Shown: piece after piece, positions 15,054 through 25,205 of the stretch | Layout of the letters: every line of letters starts with the position of its first letter | How positions within the stretch are numbered: the first letter of the stretch is position 1 | Assembly: GCF_964204645.1 (NCBI RefSeq) | Contig: NC_134025.1 | Location: 29,554,299-29,618,298 of the forward strand | Source of the DNA: Tubulanus polymorphus | Taxonomy: Eukaryota; Animalia; Nemertea | Reading direction: 5' to 3' | Length of the DNA: 64,000 nt | Notes under the pieces: model-generated | The model's database searches: none | What the model saw: only the letters and a program-made list of their open reading frames with translations | What the model was told of the DNA's origin: nothing | Program-made: the position numbers and the translations under genes

Positions 15054-15066
15054 CGCCCCCTGGTGA
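15054..15066 (-). promoter_or_regulatory. CTCF-like motif in the Otx 3' UTR region
   Basis: Minus strand TCACCAGGGGGCG, 12 of 13 match to the core. Confidence 0.45.
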
Positions 15067-15319
15067 CGAACACCGAATTAACAGTAATCGCCCGGTAACA
15101 ATTATCTCCTATAAGACAAATATAATTATGCAATTTTTTGACTAATTCTGACGTCACAGCTAATCGAGCGTCCGATTGTATGACGTCAGCGTAATTTGCG
15201 GGTACATAGGATCCCTCCTAATTCACGTACCCGTAAAGTTATTTCTGTACAAGAGTTTTTGTCATAAATCAATTGTTATTATGTCATGGTTCATGAGTTC
15301 AGAATGATCGTTGTCGCAA

Positions 15320-15886
15320 TCATATTTCACAATATTTGTAATTTTGGGTCCATGAGCAATTATCTTTCGTATATTCGTAACAGTCACTGGAGCTCGAACC
15401 GTTACTACGAGGTATACTATACTGAGCGCTGGCAAGTGAGGTATATGAACCGGCATGCGTTGTATGCGCAGTACTGCTCGGGTTCGAACCCACTTGTCCG
15501 CTTGTCATCACTGCTGGCCATTGCATCTGCGGGAAATAGTCCATGTTGCAACAGTAAGTTGATGCGGCATAATTTTGCGGAGAATATCCTGATTGACAGT
15601 TTGAATACGCTGCGGTCCTTTGCATATAATCGGCCGAATTCATATTATTGGCAGGACTCCAGATCGACGCAGTGCCACCGTTTGAAGGTGGACTGTAGGC
15701 CGGAATGTTTTTATTGTAATTAGTTGGCGTGATGCTCGGAGACGTGGTCGGGGGTGGCGGAGATTTTCTTTCCTTCTTCAGTTTAGGTGTTGACGACTGG
15801 GTAGGGGTCGATGGCGTCGGAGCTTTTCCTTGTTCCTGCGCTTTCTGCTGTTGGCGACATTTCGCTCTTCTATTTTTGAACCAAAC
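15320..15886 (-). CDS. Otx: Otx last coding exon: homeodomain helix 3 (K50), SIWSPA motif, C-terminal tail, stop
   Basis: Acceptor tttcatctttttag|GTT TGG TTC AAA AAT AGA AGA reads VWFKNRRAKCRQQQKAQEQ...ASIWSPANN...DCYEYTKDNCSWTQNYKYCEI*. 567 nt = 189 codons including TGA; in frame with ORF 15320..15643. Confidence 0.97.
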   Translation of the reverse strand, partial: VWFKNRRAKCRQQQKAQEQGKAPTPSTPTQSSTPKLKKERKSPPPPTTSPSITPTNYNKNIPAYSPPSNGGTASIWSPANNMNSADYMQRTAAYSNCQSGYSPQNYAASTYCCNMDYFPQMQWPAVMTSGQVGSNPSSTAHTTHAGSYTSLASAQYSIPRSNGSSSSDCYEYTKDNCSWTQNYKYCEI

Positions 15887-17441
15887 CTAAAAAGATGAAA
15901 GCAAATATTGATTAGATGAATTAATATCATAGAATGGATAGTCGGTAAATACGTAATAGCATCCGAACTTCGAAATGCATTGTAAATAGTGAGAGTTGAT
16001 AGAGGGAAGATTCGTCAATAATCTGTATCGGAATTCTAATCAAGAATCAGCGCGACAATTGATGTGGTTGTTAGCAGTAAATACGAAACATTTAAACAGT
16101 TATGTCGTGAATAATGTCATCACGGAGAACCCGATCAATGCCGTTAGGATCGACTGCTCTCCGAGTAAACCTGTCACTACGACATCAAAAGGCCCAGCAC
16201 TCGGCAAAATTACGTTTTCAAATTAACTAAATGTGATTGTCGTGTACTGTGTCCTGGTTACAGTTCGATTTTTGCCAGTCGTTTGCCCGAGGTTCTGATG
16301 TTTCTCATCAGTTCGTGGGAATCACGCGGCATGTGACATTAATGTCTTGACGACTGTTACAGACATGTCTCCTGTGGTGTATATTTTCAATGGAAGTTTG
16401 TAACACAAGTCATCGGCGGTTGATGGATAATTGAACGTCATCATCCGAGCGAAATTTCACTTTCGATCGACAATTTCCCGATATGAAGCCGGTTTTTCGG
16501 ACCTAAATTCGGATTTTGTATATATAGGCTTCATGATAATTTTTGAAGGCAGTTTACGCCTCTTTGCCTGAAAATTATTTCTAATTTAATTATTAGCAGC
16601 TCAAACGTGTTGCACTGGTCGCGCATAGTGAGAATAGTTTTGAATATGTTGAAGGAGTTGAAATGTCGCGGTTGCTGTGTGCATAGCTCGCTTAAAGAAT
16701 GCTCCCTTACAAAGTCCACTTCTTGTGGACAGTTTGAATATTGGCCTTCTCGCAATTTGTGACATTATCTTCACACCTGCCATAAGTAACGAATATTAAC
16801 CAATTAAACCGTCTAATCAACGGTCTAAGTACCTTCCATAATAAAACAACCACTTCAGGATTACGCAAGTCTGTTAACGCAAACAATGGTCACCACCGAT
16901 ACCACAACATCGAACAGGCTAACGTCACAAAATAGATCAAGATTGTACGGATATTTAATCAATTTTTGAACGTGTCCCCGCGCAACCTTTGCCCGATATT
17001 TTCACACCTTTATTTATTATCGTCATATTTTATCTGATATTGAGATGAATAGATTTCACGAAATGCTCTCAAACGCTGTTTGAAGTGTTTTAACAGCAAT
17101 AACGGGTGATCGAAATAAACAAAGGTGTCAATAGTCGAGATATAGCAGAGCAACATGCTGAAATCTATGTCATTTAATCATTGAAACTCTCAACGAAAGA
17201 TTTACAACAAAAAAGAATTCAATATGATAAAAGAAATGATTATGCTATATCAAGTAAACTGACACGATCCCGGTATCTGTCTCAAGAGAACATCATTATT
17301 TCAAATATTCAAGGCTTAAGCGATTTCAAATAGGGAAATGTCATTTTTGTTATACAAATACCAATATGATTTCCAATCTAATCAATTCAAGCGAAAATGG
17401 GAAATGTAGCTCCTGAAAACGTGTGCGGCAATAGAATATCA

Positions 17442-17744
<303 letters not shown>

Positions 17745-18761
17745 TTAAATATTCAATTGAAACCATTCGCATTCCTGTAAAATGCTTTGAACACAATTGA
17801 GAATACGTTTCGTCGAATTGAACCGGGTGATAACCGATACGGGAGAAACCTAAGATCTAGAAAGTGATTTTCAATGACGCGCATTTACTTGAATCGTTAT
17901 AATAGACGATGAAAACTGATTCAGCAATGAAGGTGTCCATTAGAACCTATCTCTACAAGCCCTGTGAGACAATTCTTCATGTATGACATTCGAGGTCGTT
18001 TTAATGGATGCAACTGTGACTGGTCGTCCGGGGAGTTAAGTTTAATGTAGCTAGCCCATTAATGTTCGCTATTATATCCATGGTTGGGGACCGACGCTCA
18101 AAGGCCGCGCATGCTAGTGTACGTCAGGGCGATGGTAACGTGGCTCAAACCCTCGTTATATTAAGGCGATTCCCAGAGGAATCTCTGTCATCAGCCCGTC
18201 TATTAGTGCGCATCATTTGCGGCGAGATCTACCGGTAGATGTTTTACCCAAGTGAAGCTTATCAACTCATTAAGAGACATAACCGTGAAAATATTGAGGC
18301 TAATAACGTTAATGAGTTTGTTATCATTGACAATATCAGCACGGGAAGTTTTAATCGTCTCGGTTTCGGTAAAGCAATTAATAGAAGAATGATGCAAAAT
18401 ATATCGTGTTTAGTTCTCCGTCGAAAAAAGGTGATAATTATTTCAGATTTTGTCCCAAACTTATGAATTTTGATAACGAAGGTGGTATGAAATTTCATAC
18501 TATGAAAATGTATTCAACAGATCTAGCTAAATGTAGATGAGGTGTGGCTGACACAGATGGTTGCAGCTATTTATGCGCCACAAGCGCTCATTAATTTTAG
18601 CATTCGACGGTAGAATTGTGACGTCGGTTTCTGTTGACTCGAGGTCTTATAGCGTTTAATTAGTACGAGTAATCGCGTGTTAATCACTTGTTAATAATTT
18701 CAACTAAAAACTAGATTCAAAAGATTAACGGATTTTCGGAATAAACTTATATGACAGTTAC

Positions 18762-18839
18762 CTGGATATCCGAGAATTCCTGATGTAGCCGGACTGTTTG
18801 AGAATGGATACATTTTGTGCGGTAGTGAAGCCGTCCTAT
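18762..18839 (-). CDS. Otx: Otx 78-nt symmetric (phase 1-1) internal exon, possibly alternatively spliced
   Basis: Acceptor tgtttctctttcacag|AT, donor CCAG|gtaact. Stop-free and in frame with both neighbours; encodes (D)RTASLPHKMYPFSNSPATSGILGYP. It ends in GYP like the pre-homeobox exon end of vertebrate Otx. Confidence 0.75.
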
Positions 18840-19180
18840 CTGTGAAAGAGAAACACAAAATACGTTTTAAAGAGTTTTTTTTTAATGTGATATAGTTCAG
18901 ATTCGTAGCCAGGTTGCAGGGTGCGGTCGACAGTAAGAGTGCGCAGTCCACACTCTCTTATTCGTATAGTTGCTAATTTCTCAAGGGTATGGCGCAAAAC
19001 TGGTGTTTTAATTCTTCAGATTTTTCGGGTGGAGTCTAAGCTAAGCGCTGACGCTGTCGCTGATAAGGGAAGTATATGTATCTGATTTTTTTTTATTTGA
19101 AAATTGTTGAATTAAGCGCTGCTAACAGCGAGTGCGAGTTGAGAGTTTTGTGCGACATCTGTCTATATTTAGACAACAGC

Positions 19181-19529
19181 CGCTAAATCTGAATCGTTAA
19201 ATATAGAAATATAACTATTTATCACTACGTACATTATGTCGGGAAGGATGCGACAGAAATTTTCACAGGTTGTCAAAATAAATACCATGAATAATTAAAC
19301 TTATGTGGCGTGAATCATTAGATTATCACTGAAGAACCCGAGGAGGTCTTACGAACGCTAAATCTAAATCATTAAATTAGAAATATAGCTATTTATCACT
19401 ATGTCACGTCGAAAAGAATGCAACAGAGATTTTCGAGTTGTCAAAGTAGATATATTTTATGCGTTATTAATTTTAATATGGTGTAAATCATTAGAGTGTA
19501 ACCGGGGTTACCCGGGGATGTCGTACGAA
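19181..19529. repeat. Diverged tandem duplication (2 x about 175 bp) in an Otx intron
   Basis: CGCTAAATCT at 19181 and 19356, with collinear shared blocks (AGAAATATA, CTATTTATCACTA, GTTGTCAAA, AATCATTAGA, TACGAAC). Confidence 0.85.
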
Positions 19530-19899
19530 CAAGCATGTATGTATATATTTCAAGTATCGAATCTTAAAGAGTTGTAATTTGATAATTCCACTGCTGGAAA
19601 TTTCAAATAATACGTCATACATTTTCTAAACGCAAACAGTTATTTATATTCGCCGTCAATTAATTATTAAACGATTCAATTTTCAAAAGAAATTCTTCAT
19701 CTCAAAGTCTTTTCATCGCGGTAAATGTATGATGCATAATATACATATTACAGTTGAAAAGATTAAGTTACACATTTTGAAATTTTGAAGCAAATAATGA
19801 CGCATTACTTCCGTGTATATGGTGCAATAGAATAAAGATATACAGAAATGTACCGTAGATTCGATTTAGAAAAGAAAATCTTAAGAAAACAATTCTTAC

Positions 19900-20029
19900 C
19901 TGGACCATAATTTCCCATCGCGGCCGCTTGAATAAGACATGAATCCGGCGATGTTAGACTGATTCCATTTACTGAATACGGTGACGTTTTACTGACAGCA
20001 GGTGCGGTATGGTACGCCATGCTGGCCAT
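19900..20029 (-). CDS. Otx: Otx first coding exon (N-terminus)
   Basis: aagATGG start context. Encodes MASMAYHTAPAVSKTSPYSVNGISLTSPDSCLIQAAAMGNYGP; PYSVNGISL matches the Otx N-terminal motif PYAVNGLSL. Donor CCAG|gtaaga, phase 1. The exon's acceptor (ttatttgcag|) places its 5' end at 20102. Confidence 0.93.
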
Positions 20030-20510
20030 CTTCGATAATCTACTATTTGATAAATGTGAACTCTCAGAAAAGTGTGACAACGTTTTCAACTCAGAAATTG
20101 ACCTGCAAATAATAAAGTAAAGCGTTTGTGGAAATATCTATAAACCGTAGAACTACAGGAATTACCAAAGCGCTCATAATCAACTACGAAATACGAGAGG
20201 GTGAAAATTAAAACTCTATCTGGCTGAAAAAACTACCGAAAAAAAGTTGCCCAACACTCGAGTCGGTAAAAAAAGTTACCGTTCATCGGATCAGAACTGT
20301 GACGTGACCTGAGCCGTCTTACCAAAATAAAAAACAAATCTTATCTGCCCCTCTTATCCGCATACATCGCGATTATCCGAACTTACTAAAATCCATGGTA
20401 TTATACTCCGGTTGTAAAAAGCGAATATAGACAAAATCCTCTCAAATCATATCAAATGTATTATTACTCTTTGTCGCCTAAAGCATTAGGGGAATTACAG
20501 ATCGGCTTAC

Positions 20511-20637
20511 CTCACTAGCTCTTCGTATTCTACAGTACGACACTGCTAAATTCTATCCTAATATCCTATGTAAATCGGAGGATTAAGTTTTTGAAGTAGA
20601 ATCGGCATGCAAGCTCTATGCAAACTGCCTGCTAAAT
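20511..20637 (-). other. Otx: Probable non-coding first (5' UTR) exon of Otx
   Basis: Strong donor GAG|gtaagc at 20511/20510, joinable to the acceptor at 20103/20102 (408-bp intron). TSS inferred at a CA dinucleotide 30 nt downstream of TATAAA. In-frame stop lies upstream of the Otx ATG. Confidence 0.6.
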
Positions 20638-20793
20638 GTGCAGTGAATGGGGATCTATGTGTTTATATTTCTTATTTCGTGGCTACTCGGCATGCGTGAC
20701 AGCTCACCAAATCAGATGGGCGGGATCACGTGCTTGGGCGTCACCGTCGTTGACAAATCATAGCGTCGCCAATTGGCGCGATATCGCTAGCGA
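20637..20793 (-). promoter_or_regulatory. Putative Otx core/proximal promoter
   Basis: TATAAA on minus strand at 20667-20662, GC box GGGCGGG 20718-20724, E-box CACGTG 20727-20732, CCAATTGG 20769-20776 (CCAAT on both strands), TTGGCGCG E2F-like 20773-20780. Confidence 0.55.
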
Positions 20794-21621
20794 CCACCAG
20801 TAAGCGACAAGCTGTCGTGAGTATGTCTATACACGCGATTCTCTAAAATACGGTTTTCTGCTCAAGCGAGTTTGTGCCGAACGCGGACGACTAGAAAAAA
20901 TACCGCCGACAATTCCCTTTTCAATGGAACAGACGATTTCACATTTGAATAAAAACCGGAAAACATTTTAACGAAAACCATTAGATTAAAATCCTGTAGT
21001 TAAAAAAGATACGTCCGCGTTTTAAAAACTGATTCTGAACTGTGCGCAGGTTTCTATGCGGAAATCGTGCACGTATGAAGCGAGTATTGCGGGGACTTTG
21101 ATTAACCCGAAAAACTCTGAAGAAAATATCTCGAGACGTTTTAGACGAATAAAGGTCAAAGAAAACGATACACGACAAGCTGTATAGCTGTATAGGGAAC
21201 GGGTGTGTGTCAGAATGTCATAACTTTTACTTTTGCTTTAACAATATATAATCCAAAGCGGATTAGACGGCGGGGAATATAATCCTGCGTCAACGCCACA
21301 TTCAATATTCTTTAACCGCCCGTCCATAATATTCCATATGAAAATACGGGAAGTATGTTGTGCATAGCATTTATATACATATAATAATCGTGTTCCATAA
21401 ACAACGACAAAACCAAGCATTGTACAATGAGTATTCAAGGTCCCGAATAAGGATCCCCTATATAGTGGAAACCATGCTTCTCTGATCTGGACGATCTAAT
21501 GATCTTAAACGTATTTCAGTTGATTTTAAACTTATCGATATAAGGGATAAGTTACAAGGATAAGTTATAAGGATATAAGTTACCTTTAAATGGCGTATAT
21601 GATATAAACGTTACGATTTTT

Positions 21622-21944
21622 TGCATAATCGCCCACTTGTAAATAAGTCAAAGCTGAAATTTAGAAAATGGTCTATTTGACCTAAAGTGTACTTGATGAT
21701 CTGAAAACCCGTTAATTGATACGAAACGAATGACGTATGAAATGAAGATATCTCTTATCGATGCTATGACGCTCTACTTTCTTATTTCCTGTTATGATCA
21801 AAGAAGGTGGTGCATGATTTCCCACTTGTAAATGAGGTAAAGCTGAAAATAGTATATCTGACTAAAGCTGAATTTAATCATCTAAAACCCGTTAATTGAT
21901 ATTATACGAATGACGTATGAAATGTAGATGTTTATGGTCGATGC
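21622..21944. repeat. Diverged direct duplication (2 x about 135 bp) upstream of Otx
   Basis: Copies at about 21622-21764 and 21811-21944 share CCCACTTGTAAAT, AAAGCTGAAA, AAAACCCGTTAATTGATA and ACGAATGACGTATGAAATG. Confidence 0.85.
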
Positions 21945-24900
21945 AACTTCGATGACGTAAATGAGTTAAAGCAAGGTGAAACTCTAAATCAATTTGCCCG
22001 ATTTTGGACATAAGTAGAACCGTTACAAATTTTGCACTTGAGATTCGTAAATTCCTTATTTTTTCAAAGCTGAATTCATTGGTGGTTTTCGATAAACCGT
22101 TATATTTATCAGAGTATTAGAAGTATCTGGGAAAAATAAATTCAGACCAGTTATCAGATCTTGGGGGAGGGGATAAACAGCGGTTAGAAAATTAGCTATC
22201 TATTACATACATTATGATCGGTATTGAGCGGATCAAAGGCGTAATTCTTATAGTCAGATCTCAAACAGTGAATATAGAAAACACTGCGGAACGTTGCAAC
22301 AGACGCCGCTAATTAATCGAATGGTCATCAGACGATTAGTTTCATCTCGGGTGCTTATTTCATAGCGGGTCGCATTTAATGATCAAGTATATTCGTCGTA
22401 TTTGGGAAATTAACGGCACCCTTTTCATGTAAAACATGTTTAGGCAAACAAGTATAGTCGAACTGCGGGTCTACAATACATCGCTGAGATTCATCGCATC
22501 GCTGATCATAAATAACTATTTACTAGTAATTAAATAATTAACCCCCGTTACACATTGCTCTAGTTAACCTGTTGTAAATGCTCAAGCACTAACTGGCCAA
22601 TATACTCATGTTATTTTTGTGATCTGTTTTTATCCCTGTTTAAACAGGTGTATTATATGACAACGTGCGTTCAAAATGAAGAAAAAGCGATATTTTTGAC
22701 GATGTATTTATCAATTTAAATGTGTCATTGACACTCATTCGATGCTATCTATTAATATTAATCAATAATTCACGCGTTAAGTGTCGGAAAGTGTGTGGTG
22801 TTTTATTGATGAATAAAAGAAATATTATTAGATTCATGAGATTATCGAACCTTAAGTGTCGAAATCCACGTCAATCTACAGATTGAACATCAGTGATGGT
22901 TTTTTAAATTGTCTCATCACGAATGTGGTTTATTCATAGGCAGAATTATATTATTTCGCATATTTGAAACTTCACAGTGTCCATCGTTCCCCGCTATCTA
23001 ATCGCGTGCCGACGATGCACTGGGCGTTTTGTTTTGGTGCCTTTTTGTAATTAGAAACTTTGATTATCGCTTCCTTCGATCGAAGAAAGTTAAAAAGATG
23101 AAAATTCCTCGCGGCAGGAGAAATTAATTTTCGCCGTTACCTTTCTACAACAAGCGCACAATAGCGAACTCGTCCCTCGGCGAAGCTAGCAGCAATTTCT
23201 CTCAGAGCCAGCCTCCCTCGACACGACGCATCACGACGACACGCGTAACTCACTATTTGCTAATGGACGAAAGATACACTTCGACAACCTCATAACGTAA
23301 TTTGTTTAATAAGAGATGTGCACTTTGCTTTTAATTTAGTGGTCGTTGTAAAAAGGCATGTAGCAATTCAATTAGGGTAGGTCCCTTCACCGTGCGTGGA
23401 GAAGATACATTTGTCAAATTAATTTGTTGAGGATGGCTGTTTACGGGGAGACAGCACGGTGGTTACGCCAACAGCAGTCGCGGTGCGATGATGGTAGATA
23501 CGGCGCTCCTAATTTACCAACCAGCATCATCTTAATTAATTAACGTCGGATGCGACCCGGGGATGTTGCATTCAAACAATATACTCGCTAGGGAAAGAAC
23601 TAAAGGTGTCAGAGACGTGGATGATGATTAATCGAAAAACGGAATACAATTCCTCAAACAGTCGGTGGCTGATTGAACATAAAAACATAAGCAGATAAAA
23701 CATGGCTTTGTATAACTATCCGTAGAATAGAGATACAGAAATACAAAAAAAACCCACTGATATTCATAAATACTAAACGAAGACGTTTTTGTTGGCGCAA
23801 AGAAACAGAGAAACGATAACAACTACAACATGGAGCCGTCCCTTAAACGTTATACACACGATGCTTTGGTCAGTTTAGACATTTCTGAACTGTTTGTTCC
23901 AAGTAAATATTTCGATATTGACATATTTGTTGAGGCTCGGCTTCCAATGTAAACTTTCTGAAATATATATGATGGCGGCTTGTTGCATTTCACCAGTATC
24001 GAGTATGAACAGCTTGCGTATAATACACAAAACAAATCTATCTATTTAGAAATTTTAGATGGAATTGATCCTTCAGATTTTTCGACTCATCTCCCCCGAA
24101 ATCTCATATTAAACGTCTATTATTCAATCAAGATGGCAACTGAATGTCTCAATATGGCTGAATGTTTTGGGGGTATTGTACCATTGGCGCCTTGTGCAAT
24201 TGTCTTTTCACGGTTGCATTTCTAGAATCCATCTTTTTGCCGGCGACATCGAGGGATATGTTAGAACGACGACAAAGAATTCGTATCGTATCGCTCTAAA
24301 ATAGTATTGTCACCGAGGATTGACCCCTGGCGCGCGATTCAAAAACAACGCACCCACTTAGTTGAAGTATGACGTTGAAGAATCCGTCGTTTCGTATGAT
24401 CAGTCATAGTTTGGATCAGGTGTAATGGAGCGCCCTGCTGAGCTTAGAAATAAATCTCAGTAATTATAAGACGTTACTAATACAATTTCTTCCAAATACC
24501 ACATGGAGTTACAGCCATTCTATATGATTTATAAAACTTAGACTTAGCATGTGATCGGATTAAGATGGAGTTTGTGTCGTTTCGACCGTGACGATGAATG
24601 TAGATTTTAGGCCCACGAAAGTCAAATTTTTTGAATTAATTCCGTTGGAGATTTTTTTCGCTTGAAGCCTCGTTAATTTATAAATCTGATGCTTAGTCAA
24701 TTCGACATGGATTTATCACAATTCGTGAACAAATTAAATACCAATCCATCATTTTTTATTTGAGATGTTGCAAGCAATTTTCAAAACTCCTGAGTCAAAA
24801 TATTTTCCTAGTTTCTTTCTCGGGTACACTCTACTCCTGATTAAGGCAAGGTTAGCAGGTATTTTCGAGAAAACTTGGTCTTGTAGTTCATATCAGTTTC

Positions 24901-24969
24901 AGTTTATTTTAGGCGTGGACATTAGTCTCGGGATGGCACATTAGTCTGGGCCAACATGGCATCGCGCCT

Positions 24970-25205
24970 CGGACCTTCCCGAGCCTCTCCCCGATCCCTG
25001 AACGCGTCCAGTCGGGACCCTCCCGAGCCTCTCCCCGATCCCTGAACGCATCCAGTCGGGACCCTCCGGAACCCTTCCTGATCCGAGTACTAGTCCAGTC
25101 CGGACCCTCCCGAGCCTCTCCCCGATCCGTGTACTAGTCCAGTCGGGACACTCCCGAGCATCTGCCCAATCCCTGCACCAGTCCATGAGTCGGGACCCTC
25201 CTCTG
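24970..25205. repeat. GC-rich minisatellite, about 5 x 44 bp, diverged
   Basis: GGACCCTCCCGAGCCTCTCCCCGATCCCTGAACGCATCCAGTCG-like units with periods 44, 44, 43, 44, 47. Confidence 0.9.

Noticed and set aside
15286-15723. 145-aa plus-strand ORF (and the alternative-frame ORF 15262..15456)
   Set aside because: Antisense or alternative-frame shadow of the Otx last exon with no recognisable motif.
20030-20102. 24 open in-frame codons upstream of the Otx ATG as an N-terminal extension
   Set aside because: No ATG, an in-frame TAG in the predicted upstream exon, and no similarity to Otx N-termini; treated as 5' UTR.
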